A stretch of DNA of 52,332 bases, the filler included, from Trichosphaerium sp. ATCC 40318 (lineage: Eukaryota > Protista > Tubulinea), in NCBI GenBank assembly GCA_038496445.1. It is 3 parts of 3 records of this genome, joined end to end, with 100 filler letters (N's around TTAATTAATTAA, not from the genome) between each part and the next. Parts side by side here need not be neighbours in the genome. Positions count along the whole stretch, not along the records: positions 1 to 13,753 come from JALMLS010000110.1; 2 more parts are not named here. One strand, written 5' to 3'. Both the position numbers and the translations under genes were made by a program. Positions within the stretch are counted from its first letter, which is position 1, and each line of letters opens with the position of its first letter. Shown here one piece after another: positions 1-12,507 of this stretch. The notes under the pieces are model-generated. The model worked only from the letters and a program-made list of their open reading frames with translations. It did no database searches and was not told the origin of the DNA.

Positions 1-278
1 TCTGAACCAAAGTATCAAATAATATTTTGTGTAATTTATACAGTATTTTTTATTGAAATCTACAAAAAATACATTAAGAAATGCTATAAAGAATACATAG
101 AGAATTCTATATAAAATACATACACAATTCCAAAAGTAATACTCTAAGAATTCTATGAGTAATACTTACGGAATTTCATATAAATTCAATGGGAATTAAG
201 GAAGAGTTTTTCCGTCTACTTTTCCCATAAGAAAACAGGGTGGATTACTTAAAAATTCCCATTTCTATTTTACTACTG
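1..278. mobile_element. Terminal part of a putative DNA transposon/MITE (end ...TTTTACTACTG, i.e. CAGTAGTAAAA terminus), nested in a CAGGTCT-element arm
   Basis: Homology of the CAGGTCT arm to its sister copy stops abruptly at 279. Immediately left is ttttactactg followed by TA, which resembles the CAGTACTAAAA TIR of the 41515-42352 element. The other end lies outside the window. Confidence 0.5.
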
Positions 279-654
279 TAATACTGTGTTTTATGGTATA
301 ATTATATGGTATAATGCATGGTATAATATACTTTAAAATGCAGTATAATACCATGGTATAGTACCATGTTTTATGGTATAATTATATGGTATAATGCATG
401 GTATAATGTACTGTAAAATGTGGTATAATACCATGGTATAGTACCATGTTTTATGGTATAATTATATTCTATAAATTGAAATATGGTACAAACATGGTAT
501 AATGGCTGTTATACCATTTGTCCAAAAAACATGGTATTATACCATATTTTATGGTATAATTATATGGTATAATTATGGATTATACTGAGCTTGTACCATA
601 AAAGGTGATTATACCATAAAATACGGTATAATACCATGATAATTTTCAGACCTG
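279..654 (-). mobile_element. Terminal arm of a CAGGTCT-family non-autonomous DNA transposon (inverted copy, truncated)
   Basis: Ends in TTTTCAGACCTG at 654. Its reverse complement nearly matches the arm starting at 1529. Dense GGTATAAT/ATTATACC motifs with an 80-bp tandem period (291, 371, 451). Confidence 0.85.
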
Positions 655-3600
655 CACCGCTGTTGTTACCGCTATTACCACCGCCGCCGTTTCAATTCTT
701 TCCACGATCTCTTCTTCCTCGACGTCGGTTTCGTTTTTGTAGCGCTTGTTTGTATCTAAGTGCCTCGTTCTTGTGCTTATGTTCTGACTCGCGCTTCTGT
801 TTGAGCGCGTTCGCTTTATCCATCTTTTCTTGAAACTCTGCCAGCATGTGATACACTGATTTATCTTCCAATACCTCACATGTGATATCAGAACCAACTT
901 CTTCCATCAACAAAATCTTAGTCATCATACCAAGAATAGTATGAACCATAGGATCTGATTTCTTTGCGCCAGATTTTCGCGCTTGCTCTAAAACGATTTC
1001 ATAGTTTTGATAATTACGTCTACGCTCTCTAGACACATCATTTGGCTCCCATTGAACTTTTCCTGAAGCCATCCACTGATAATACTCTTCATCACCAGGT
1101 TTTACTTCTCTGTACGAAAATTTGGGCATAGGGTCCCCCGTAGGTACGAGAACAGGGTTTTTCGTACGTACTTTACCGGAGTGATCTTCTGTTGTGAATC
1201 TTTTTGCCTCCAAATTGTCAAATTTTTGGTCAAGAGTATCCTCTAGTAAAGAGCTGAAAGTTTGAAGCAACGTAACGTTGTGATTTAAAATAACTTCCTC
1301 AAAATTTTGAGAGAAATATTTCAGCTGCGTGCCTATTACGGCCTCAATATCGTGAGGCTCGCTTTGTGTAGATTTACCGTCCTTAGACGCTCCGCGCAAT
1401 TCGAACAGATTGCCGGGTTTGCTTTATAAGACTTGTCGAGCTTCAAATCCATACCATCGCAGAAATGTGGGGTACTAACGACGTCCCAAGCGATGTTAAA
1501 ATTGTGCACAGAATTTGTATTGATTAATCAGGTCTGAAAATTATCATGGTATTATACCATATTTTATGGTATAATCACCTTTTATGGTATAAGCTCAGTA
1601 TAATCCATAATTATACCATATAATTATACCATAAAATATGGTATAATACCATGTTTTTTGGACAAATGGTATAACAGCCATTATACCATGTTTATACCAT
1701 ATCTCAATTTATAGAATATAATTATACCATAAAACATGGTATTATACCATGGTATTATACTGCATTTTAAAGTATATTATACCATGCATTATACCATATA
1801 ATTATACCATAAAACACAGTATTATACCATGGTATTATACTGTATTTTAAAGTATAGTATACCGTGCATTATATCATATAATTATACCATAAAATGTGGT
1901 ATTATACCGTGGTATTATACCGTATAAGTATAAGTTAGTCAAAGCTCACTTGGTCTACACTTGATTTAATAGCCTTTGCCTACGCAAATGCCATACCACA
2001 CAATGCTTTGACAGTAGCCGTTATTGAACATAATTGGCATATAAATGTGTGAAAAACAGTTTTAAGAGAGAAATCTGGTAATGCACCCCAATTACAGGCA
2101 TTTTAGGGATAAATTGGCCAACTTTCTCCGATTAATGGTATTTGAGGAAGAAACCACTCCACGTACCCCATGTTAGAACGCTACAGTGGTAGACACACCA
2201 AAAACGCGTTTAGCGCTCAAAAAATGCCCATTCGCAAAAAACCTCCAATTGGAGGTTTTTTTCTCCGGCTCTCATTTTTTTCTCCCCTCCATAGGCATTT
2301 TTACACTCAATCAACGCCATACAGCCTCATTTACCAAATCAGGAGCAAAATTATTTATTTTTTTTTGACATTCTTGATATATGCCCCAATGTGTGTTAAA
2401 CCGTGCAATTAGTGCTATAAGGCAAAGTTGTTTCAGAGCCTACCCATTTTTTGAGTTTTTTGGTTTTTTTTGGATTTTTTTGGATTTTTTTGGTTTTTTT
2501 CCTACTAAACGCCCACATTTGCCAGAACAGATAGCATTTAGGCTCTGCACCCATGTGTTGACCTTACGAGTGATATTGTAAACCAATTGGCTAAGTCAGA
2601 GCACAAAACTAAGTCTTGTCCAGTTTATCACCCACACAACACAAGGTACGCTAAAAGTAGTTGTTTTGAAGCTGCTTGCCATAGGTTTTAACCAAGCTAG
2701 ATAGATGATAAAAAAAAAACCAACATGTGTTAGCTAACAGGTACAATTCCACTAGAACTTGTTTCTGATGAAGTTGGCAGTTATTTTCATTTCTTTGTTT
2801 TAGTCTTGGTTTGGCTCCACCGCACAGGTCATTTGTTACTCCCAGTGTCGCCACCACAACAAAACAGCAATTTTTGTACGACTATTTATTTTGTGCATCA
2901 AGCCTTCACTAATTCTTCTTCTAGTTTTCATGCTATGTCCATTCGATGCACTTACAGCAAGTACAATATTTTTTTTGAAGGTTATTTGATGTGTCAACTA
3001 CCACAAAAGAGGATATGGGCAAAACCAAAGGTCACGGATGTAAACAAAAAAATGTATTAATAAATGTGGTTTTATTATTAGAACAGTTTTTACACGGTAT
3101 AATACACCTGGTTTTGTGGTATAATCTACCAAGTTTTAAGGTATAATATACCAGACTTTGTGGTATTATACTGTGTTTTATACCATGTTTTATGGTAGAA
3201 TTATACCATATATTGCATTTTTTCAGGTGAAAAAATATGGTATAAATTCGCACTTTCTACTGTATATTTATGGTATAATTTGGCTGTTTTATGGTATAAA
3301 TCCTTTGATTTATGGTATATTATACTGGAATTTGTGGTATAAAATTGTAATCAATGGTATAATTATACCACAAATCCATGGTATCTACCATAAAAACAGC
3401 TCGAAAATTTTAGACCTGATAGTCTGTAAAGGTAGTAGGCGTTTGCTCTGACGCCGTCTCGTGGAATATACTGAATGCCAAGCTGATCATAAACTTCTTG
3501 TAGATAATGTATAGAAACATCCCCTTTTCGTAGCTTTGGCACCATTAAACCGAGTTTTATCCACCACTCTTCATTTTTAATTTGTTCCGGGACAACGTAT

Positions 3601-3728
3601 TTTGTTTCCTTCTCACTCTGTGTCATCTCACTACCACAGAGTAAATCGTAAGAAACGTTGCAATCGTTGTAAGGAATAAAGGGCTTAACGATTAACAACG
3701 TCTTAATTGTTATGTCCGCTTGCACCAA
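655..3728 (-). pseudogene. Degenerate intronless ORF (gag/ORF1-like, Arg/Gly/Asn-rich C-terminus) interrupted by CAGGTCT elements
   Basis: ORF 3728-3421 runs into the element end. Removing 1529-3418 and one AT copy lets it read on (RLLINTNSVHNF...). ORF 1399-692 continues past a TGA into NGGGGNSGNNSG up to the 654 insertion. In-frame TAG/TAA/TGA stops and a frameshift are present. Confidence 0.45.
1529..3418 (+). mobile_element. Complete 1890-bp CAGGTCT-family non-autonomous TIR element with 2-bp TSD (AT)
   Basis: at|CAGGTCTGAAAA...TTTTAGACCTG|at. Subterminal arrays of GGTATAAT/ATTATACC at ~1545-1925 and ~3095-3390. No intact transposase inside. Confidence 0.85.
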
Positions 3729-4384
3729 TAACTACAATAGTCCTACTAAAACGTAGGACAATGTAGCATTACTAACAGTCATGACTTTCTAAAATCATAT
3801 TGAAGGATTTGTGGATACAATCAACCTATCAACTCGCAATTAGTTAACTATTTTTACCGTTTACGCCAAAACTGGCCTTATTGGTGTATCTACTCAATAT
3901 AGTCAGCTGCATCGAGGAAAATGACTTCTGTGTCAACGTGCAACAAAGAGTGCGGATGTTCCAAAACTTGTTTGCTTTGTTCTAAAGCGATTGTTCTTGT
4001 TGATTCAAATAAGCAGAACTCTACTGTAGAATATGGTCATGTGAACCAGGATTACTTAAAGGCAACCCCTCCCACATACCGCGCTTCTTTCATTAGAACT
4101 TGGCGTGAAGCATTTCTTTGCAAACACAAGACATCGGTCTTTTGAACTTTGAAAAAAGTACAAGTTTTTTTCATCAACACAGACTGAAAATTCCAAACTA
4201 CACAATTAGTTATCATTGTGTAATTAAACCAAATTTGAAAAACTGAAGTCGTTTCGACTTCTCCCAAGATCGTAAGAACGAAATTAAAACCGTTTCTCTG
4301 ATCGGCTAAATTTAGCACACAAATTGTGCTCAACTTAAGCATATTTCGTACTCTCATCTGTCTACGACGCTGCAAAATAATACA

Positions 4385-4740
4385 ATGCAAGTAACTTTGA
4401 AGCTTCAACGATACCCAGAGAATTTTGGTAAAATACGACAACGTGACTTCCCGGTTTCAAAGGAGATACCGTTTGAGATGAAGCCAGAGCAGACACTTGA
4501 AGATTTAGAAAAGAAATTAACTAAACTAGCCGGAGAAAAAGTAAATAAAGACAATTGTACTGGCATACGCAGGTTTAAACTCAATGGGAACCCAAAACAA
4601 CCTTTGCATGAGATATTGGGTGAAAAAACTGATATTTACTTTCTGAGCGACAAAGCTAAAGGACGCAAAGTACGACAACCTAGCCCATAAATTTTACAAG
4701 AGAAAAATGCTAACGGTTTCTTTTGCAGAACTGGCCTTGA
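4385..4740 (+). CDS. Small protein, possible ubiquitin-like fold
   Basis: MQVTLKLQ...FEMKPEQTLEDLEKKL...PLHEILGEKTDIYF pattern. One GT-AG intron (~4670-4728), then TGA at 4738-4740. Confidence 0.45.
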
Positions 4741-5503
4741 ATTTAGCTGAATCTTTCAACCAGTAGCGGCTTTGAAGCTACGAGACAATGTGTCGTGTAA
4801 GGTTTCCACCGCACTCTGACAGTGAGTGTGTTTATAATACGCGACAAATAAAACCGTATTCACAATTTATTCCCCAAGAGTTTAAAGATGTTGAATCAAA
4901 AAGTTACAATTTATGGCTACATCAATGAGTCATAGTGCACTTCTGATACATTTTAAGAGTGCCTTTGTTTTCTGCCTGAACTAAAACAAAACACTTATTT
5001 AGCTGACTTTCTTGTTCAACTAACTGTTTGAAAGGAGAACAGTACATTGACAGAAGTAATTGTATCACAATGATCTTTAGTTACAGCTTCCTCTGTTAGC
5101 CGTCTTATAACGGTGAGGCTAAACTAAAACTAAACCAAATATGATGTTACTGATACGGCAGCTAAAATACAAAGCAACAAGTATCAATTGCTTTAATACA
5201 TAGAAACGAAGTCTCATATGTTTTTCTTTCTTTGCAGTGAGGTCACGTGATGTACTTTTGGAGTCATTAAAGTCGGTTCAGCCGAGTCATTTAGGTTGTC
5301 AAAAGCTGGATTGAGCAAGCTGCTAAAAGACGAAGACTATTACTTCGAATGAAGATATCACGTGACTCACGTATCAAAAAATGTGAATACATGTTGTTGT
5401 TTTTTGATTGCGAATCCCTCGTTTTAGTTGCTCAGGGTACGTTGGCAAAAAAGTAATTTCTTCAAAACAAGTCAACGAAAAACGTCAAATACACCCGTAC
5501 AGG

Positions 5504-8500
5504 ATGGACAGACACTGGACATGCGCTGAAGTGAGTCAGTGGTTATCCGGAGAAGGCTTGGAGCAATGTATATCAACGTTGAGGTTTGTTTAGACAATTA
5601 CTCATCTTTAACTGACTGTGCCACAGAGAGCAACAAATAGATGGAAAATACCTCATGGAGCTTGACGAAACGGTATTAAAAGAAGAATTTGGCTTTAACT
5701 TTGGTAAGTAATTACATTATGAATGAATACATGTTTAATTACCTACAGTCACGCGTAGAAAGCTGTTAGAAGCTATTCGCAATCTTCGTAATCAACTCTT
5801 TGCCAAACAGCCCTATTTGCTTCCAAAAGTGCGTTATTTACGTCTATTCGCTACTTACAGCTCAAAGAGCGCTCTTGGCGAGCAAAACACGAGACATTCA
5901 CGAGGTGATCAGAATGTGTTGCCAGTGCAAATTCCACACGCTGTACAACCTCAAGAACTTCAAAACCCAGCGTTGGATATTGATAAGGTCGAGCTGGAAG
6001 CGAATAAACAAGAAGACACGGAACCAGAAGAACAAGAAGAACTTGATGATGCAAGTGACACTAGCTCTGAGTACGTTACAAAGTAACGAATGGTACTATC
6101 GTATTCTTACTTGATTGACACTAGATATGGACTAGAAGAAGTAATTGAGCCTTTAAGTGCTACTGATAAAGAAAAAGAAGAAGAACCTCGGGAGGTTGGC
6201 CCAAGCGTGGTACGTTCAAGATAAGAAAAACAACTCGGAATGACTTGAAGTTGCAAATGTTCTTGAATACTCCTAACGAGTGTTTAGTTCGATGGTGTGC
6301 CATTGGAAATAGTGGTACATATCATTCAATTCTTGGGTAAACGTGATTCAATCGCTTGTTCTGTTGTTTGCCGGGATTGGGAACAAATTTATCAAAGACA
6401 CTTGTGGCATGATCTCACATGTGACTTGGAAGCAGATGATGACACACCTTTAAAGAAGATGGTAAAAACTGCATTAAGGAGGAAGTCAAGAGTTAGATCT
6501 ATTTTCTTTGGAGGTACGCTGAGAAACAACTAAATTCTTCATTTTTTTTTGCAAGAACAACATTCAAAGTAATGCCTTTATTTTAGGTGTCTCTGAACCT
6601 GAATACATGGAAGAGTACGCACTTTCTATGAATATACCAGCAAATGCGTACTAACATCTATTTGTGCTAAAGTGAGATCATTAAGATTGCTACCAATTGC
6701 AAGAACTTAAAGGCTGTCGTAAGTAACGAAATAAGAAAAACGAGATTTTCTTAATTTTTTTTCTTCTCTTACGTTGTGTAGACTATAGATAGATTATCAA
6801 GTAAGGGGATAAGACCACTTCATGGGTTATATATGGGACACCGTACCATGCATAGATTTATGTTTGGGATGCAAGATGTGGTATGACAAAAAAGAGAAGA
6901 CGATTGAACTAACGTACATAACCAATGTTTTAGGTTCACACAGTAAGTGTTAATTGGCTTATCGAACTGGCCAAGCATTGTCCACTTGAGCTTATATCAA
7001 TAAGTAAGCAATTGTGCCATGCTGGCCTTCTTGATGTCGTTACCCATCTTCTTAAAAAGTGCGTTATCAGATGGACTACTTTAAAGCTGTATTTTTTTGA
7101 AGTATTATTGTGTACAACTAATTGTGTTCATTAGAGGTGCCCTTAAGAATTTAAAGCATATAAAACTTGGATTATCAACATTTAGAATTGAACTATTTAA
7201 TCTTCTTAAAGCGTACGACACCAGTCCAACTGATATTTTTCACAAAAGTTTTAACACTTCAATTCAATCTGTTTTTTTTTTCTTTCTTTTTTGCACCTTC
7301 TTTTTATGGCTATTGTCTTTATACTATATATAAGTATAGTATCCATAGTATCATTATGCATTTTGACTTGTTTGTAGGTGTAAAACAATTCATATAAATT
7401 TTAAAGGAGAATCAAAAGACTATGTTACCATGCTTAATAGCGCCAGCATGCTAAAGAATACATCAAGTCTTGCTCTTATGAGTTCAGGTGATTACCGTAT
7501 ATGGAATACTGTAAAGACAGTATTCCATAATGACTTTAAATTAAGTCTTCCAAACATAAGGTATGAAAGCAATGTTTTAAGTTATCACTTTCATCAACTG
7601 TTACTTAATCATTTCTTTTGTACTGTAGGACACTTAAGATCTCTCAAGTCGATTTTCAAAAGACTTCTTTCTTGACTTGCCAATGCTCAGGAAATTAAAG
7701 TTATCTCAAATCAGCCTTACTAGAGAAGCGGTAAGAAACATACAAACCAATAGCTGACATTGATGCTAATCTTTTTTTTTTCTTAACCTTACAGATAGAA
7801 CATGTTGTAGAACTTACCAAGAATCTTGAATATCTAGACTTGATTGTAGACTGTCCTGATGAAGCACCAACTATCAAGATTGTATCAGACTCTTTGACTA
7901 CATTAAACTTGGTTAATTATGATGGTATTGTGAGTAGTACTGTCTTCATCTTAAAAGCTATTTAACTCTTTATTTAGATTTCTGTTGAAGCGCCTAAGCT
8001 TTTGAGAGCTCTTCTTTATGCAAATCAACTCATAGTTAATTGCGCAAATCTTATAAAACTTACAAGTCTATACAGATGTGATATTATAGTATTGAAGTGT
8101 CCTAAACTTCGTTTTGCCGAATGCTCTAGACTTCCAGAACTGTACTTCTTTCTTTTCCCATTTTTTCTTTTTTTTTTTTGTTGCTGGTATCACCGGTGCT
8201 TAGTATCTTATTTTCTTCTTTTTTTCTTTAGGTCAGCGAATACTATTGAAGTGCTTTCTATCAAGGATAGCAGGAGGAGAATTGAAATGCCTCCAAAGAT
8301 GAATTTTATTAAACTTCGTCATTTGTCAGTTAATCGTGTTGATATGTTACAGACTTCAGAGTTCCCTGTACTGGAGTGTTTCACCGCTACTGGTATGTAC
8401 TAATATTTTTTACAAATCACATGAAATCGCTTGCAACAACAAGAGACGAAACTTGACAATCATCCTGTAAACCACGAGCTACCTTTTTTGTTTGGAAGAC

Positions 8501-9884
8501 TTGAGAAATTTTTTTCTGAAAATTACAGTCGGTGGGTACTCAAACGTTATTGTTTTTTGCCCATAAAATACGATAAACAGCTTAGTTTGTTGTTCAATAG
8601 TAGGCCACTGACATTGAAAATTAGGTAGCAATAAAAAGAGTATTGATGCATTGATGAGAAGTAAAAAGTTAAAGTTTTGTACTATTAATGGATTACACAA
8701 CTCGTTTCCATTCTGCAATGAAACCTTGGTATACTTGGATTTATCATTAACATCAAAAGCTCCAGGATCAGTAATAGATTGTCCAAATCTTGTACGTCAT
8801 TTCCTTAAACCACTGCAGTTAACATTTTCTCATTTTTTTCTTATTTTGTTTAGAGATATCTTGGCTTTTCTTGTTCTTCTTTGCCTAGACTTTCAAAACG
8901 TACATATAAAATCAAGGAATTAAGATTGTCTTCCATGAATCAGATGAATGTTGTTGCGTTTACAAACATGATTAAACAGTTGAGAAGATTGGAAGCTCTT
9001 TATATATTTAACTTTACAGAAGTCACTGAAATAGTCATTCAAAGCAATAAGTTGAGTTCTATCAGTACGTATTCATTTACTATGTCTGTATTACATCACA
9101 TTAGCTCCATATCACTTATTGCTGATCAGTTAACTTTCATCAAATCTTAGCTTTGAGAAAGGCAAACGCATTGATTTTTTAGCTTGCAGTTTTTTTTTCT
9201 TTGTTTTTATCTGTTTCTGCGTTTACTCATCTTGTTGTTTTTATTAGCACTTCTCCGTACAAAAAGTCTTGAAACTCTTAAATTGAATACACCAAGATTG
9301 GTCAATGCTCATATTCGGGATATACCTCAATTATCATATATATCATGGGGTAATAAGCCAATGAATGCACTTAGTACATTAGATTTAAGTGGAAACTACA
9401 GTCTTGGCGATAATGGGCTAAACCTAACTACTTCAAAAGTATTTCCTTTTTCTAACCTTGTTAATCTTGGACTTGCTTCAACATGTATAAGTATAAAAAC
9501 ACTCAACATAATCAATGAAAACTGTAATTCATTACTCAGGGTACAAAAAAACAAAGACATGGGCTTGAAACTTTATTTTGTCCAAACGCTTACCCTTTAT
9601 TTTTCTAGGTCGATGTGAGTTATATTAAAACAATCCAAAACAGAGATAGACAGAAAATGCGTTATAAATTAACTGGAAGGCGTGGTGTCAGAGATAATAT
9701 CCCAGGAGCCCGTAAGTAACTTTTCTGTTTACAAACTTTTTGTTGTTGCTAGTTTGTAGCTAAACTAAAATTATTTCTAGAGTCATCACTACATTGTACA
9801 GAGTATAGTAAACATATCAAAGGTGTTGATGCTATTCTTAAACGTCCTACAATTGGAAGATTTGATAGAAATGGCCGATATTAA
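5504..9884 (+). CDS. Multi-exon SAM domain + F-box + leucine-rich repeat protein
   Basis: Spliced N-terminus WTCAEVSQWL...QIDGKYLMELDETVLKEEFG...RRKLLEAIRNL (SAM). PLEIVVHIIQFL...CSVVCRDW (F-box). Many LRR-type exons (LKCPKL, LSTLDLSGN, LVNLGLAST). Confidence 0.8.
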
Positions 9885-10474
9885 GTCAGAACATAGTTAT
9901 TTATTATGGAGGAACTTGGGCGTTATTTTCGGACACTTAGAAGAAGTTGTAGTGGTTCTCAAAAAAGATACTTAGTATCTCGAGTTTTTACCTTGTAAAC
10001 GTTGATTGATGAGTTGCTTTCAGAGCTTTAGAAACTTATACTGCAGTCTCATACATTGTTGAGTGCAATCGGCCAACCATTTTTTAGTTTTACATCTTCA
10101 CACCATGTAATCACATGGCTTTCGGCCCAAGTCGTCCATTTTCATGTCATGATTTAGCTTCACCATGTAGGTTACCATCACAAATTGACCATACTACACA
10201 CTTGTGTTAACAGTATACAACTGAAACAACGATTTTGTTTGCTACTCATGTGTAGTTTAGACGCTCAATATGTAGTACAGGCTCACAATTCTAAGTCACT
10301 GGCCGTATGTTTGACGCTTAAGCAAACAATAAGCCAATTGAAAGGCACAACACAACGGCTAAGAATTGAACACCATGCAAACCGCAACCAACGAACATCA
10401 AACACGAAAAAAATAAGACAAAAGTATCCCTGTAACAGCATTCCCAATTGATAGAGGCAAATAAGAACATAAAA

Positions 10475-12507
10475 ATGGCAGAATCGAACAATCCTGTTCA
10501 AAGACCTGCCTTAACAAAACAAAAAACCAACACAACACAACGGCTATGCTCTTACGTGGGCTTCTTACGCCACGCACCCGAGTTTACCAGACGTACCAAG
10601 AATATTTAACAGGCACACACAAACTAATTCAACCCAAAAGCAGTCGCAAATGCCAAATACGGCGTAATCGAAGGGACCAGAGGCATATTTCGACAACGTC
10701 GATTCGTAGATGTACAATTAGTTCTTTGGCTGATATTATGAGCTACAGAGACAGCTACAGCGAAAAAAAAACTTATAAAGACCCTTTGGATTTGTCTAAG
10801 AACGGAAAACGAGAGTACAACGTTACAATTTGTAAGTCAATTTTTACTTTTTTTGACTCAACGGTGTGACTAAAAATACCAAGCGTCAACTATAAAGGAA
10901 ATGTCGAATCACTACGAGAATCAAAACGTATTACAGTCACTCTGGAGTATGGAACCTGAAAAAGAAATTCCAGATACACTACATGTACCTACTATTTATG
11001 CTGCAACCACCAGCGTTTACCATAAGTGTTCGTTTACATTCAAACCCACAAAATCTGACTTTGTTGAAATTGATATTATTCGAGAAGGTGAGGCTATAAC
11101 TCCAAACAACAAAGGTAAGTTACTCACTATCACGTGTTGAAAAACCGCCCTACCCTTTTTCATTATTGTAATTTCAGCAAGTGAATATATGGTTGCTACT
11201 ACATTCTCAACTGTATTCCAAATCGTAACATTGGTTGTACAGTTAACTCAAGAGTATTTTAGACTTTTTTTTTTGTTGTTAAGGGTTCTTAAGCTAAGTG
11301 CGGTTTTAGCACAGTTTTATACTGAAGCAATGCGCATGTTAATGTACTTACATTATGCAACCTATGTACCAATCGGCTATACGGGTAGCGTAAATAGTCT
11401 CCGAATATCAGATATAATCTTTAAATTCATAAACCAGTCAGAAGTACCTCTGGATTTATACGAAAGGCTTAAATATGATGGAGAATTTGCTACGCTCTAC
11501 TTTTCGATTTTTTCAAGACATGGTCTTAAGAGTTTGATATTGCACCATGTATTGGTTAATCTACCAGAATTGCAATGGGCAGAGAAGTTTCCCCGTGTGT
11601 GGACCTCTCACAAGTGAGTAGCGATATCACACTTTTTTTTTTCTTTTTCTTATTATTATTCTACTAGCGAGCCAGTACTGGATTTTCAAATGGATGCAAT
11701 GAACGTGTGTGTTAGAAGCTTAACCAACTCAAATAGTACATAGCCACTGATTTGATTCTTTTAGCGTCCACCTTATGAGCATAGAAGTTTGTTTTACGAC
11801 GAAACATTTGCTAGCATAGAGCTTTCGGTTAAGAGAGTTTTTATCTTCAATCTAAGTATGTGCTCTATTAATAGACTTGACATATTTCTTTATATATTTA
11901 ACAATTGAAGATTAATCCTTTCCCCTTTTAATTAATATATTTAGACCGAAAGATGTTGCTTGGCTATGTCGAGCACATGGACAAACATAATTACTTTAAA
12001 CTTCATAAAAAATACGGTACTCCTCCTCTTTTTGAGCCTTTTTTTCCACTTGAGGCAAAGATTGATTGGATGCGATACTTGTCCCGTTTCAAGCTGATAA
12101 GACTACTTCCTCGCAGACTTAGACTGTGCTATTGCTTGAATGTAGGATTTCACTATGGGACCGTGCGAAGGTGCAGATGCTAGAGCAAGTTGTCAAGAAA
12201 TTGAGATTAGAACAGAAGGAGAAAGGAAAAACGATAAGAAATTGAGATTAGAATGGGAGGAGATAAAAAAAAAAAAGATGAGAAATTGAGATTAAAACTG
12301 GAGGAGATAAAAAGAAAAATAGAGGAGAAAGAAAAAAGGAACAAGAAATTGAGATTAGAACAGGAGGAGAAAGAAAAAAGGATCAAGAAATTGAGATTAG
12401 AACGGGAGGAGATAAAAAGAAAAATAGATGAGAAATTGAGATTAAAACTGGAGGAGAAAGAAAAAAGGAACAAGAAAATGTTTAAAAACACGAAAACGAA
12501 ACATTAG
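10475..12507 (+). CDS. Multi-exon hypothetical protein with a repetitive charged coiled-coil C-terminus
   Basis: Successive + strand exon-like ORFs flanked by GT/AG; no recognisable family. The tail may be frameshifted. Confidence 0.45.
12196..12480 (+). repeat. Imperfect tandem repeat (GAAATTGAGATTAGAAC core; KKLRLEQEEKEKR units)
   Basis: The aaattgagatta motif recurs about 6 times in purine-rich sequence. Confidence 0.75.

Noticed and set aside
655-1500. Non-standard genetic code suggested by in-frame TAA/TAG/TGA
   Set aside because: Conserved genes here end at TAA, TAG and TGA, so the stops reflect decay.
2236-2262. Rho-independent terminator
   Set aside because: Eukaryotic context with no upstream gene; reported only as a palindrome.
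279-3418. GGTATAAT arrays as a CRISPR-like or coding repeat (ORFs 3158-3451, 42857-43259 etc.)
   Set aside because: There is no constant repeat/unique spacer structure. They are transposon subterminal repeats, and the Tyr/Gly/Ile-rich ORFs are translation artefacts.
9950-10170. SAM-like remnant on the minus strand (KWTTWAESHVITWCEDV)
   Set aside because: Too short and broken by stops to support a call.
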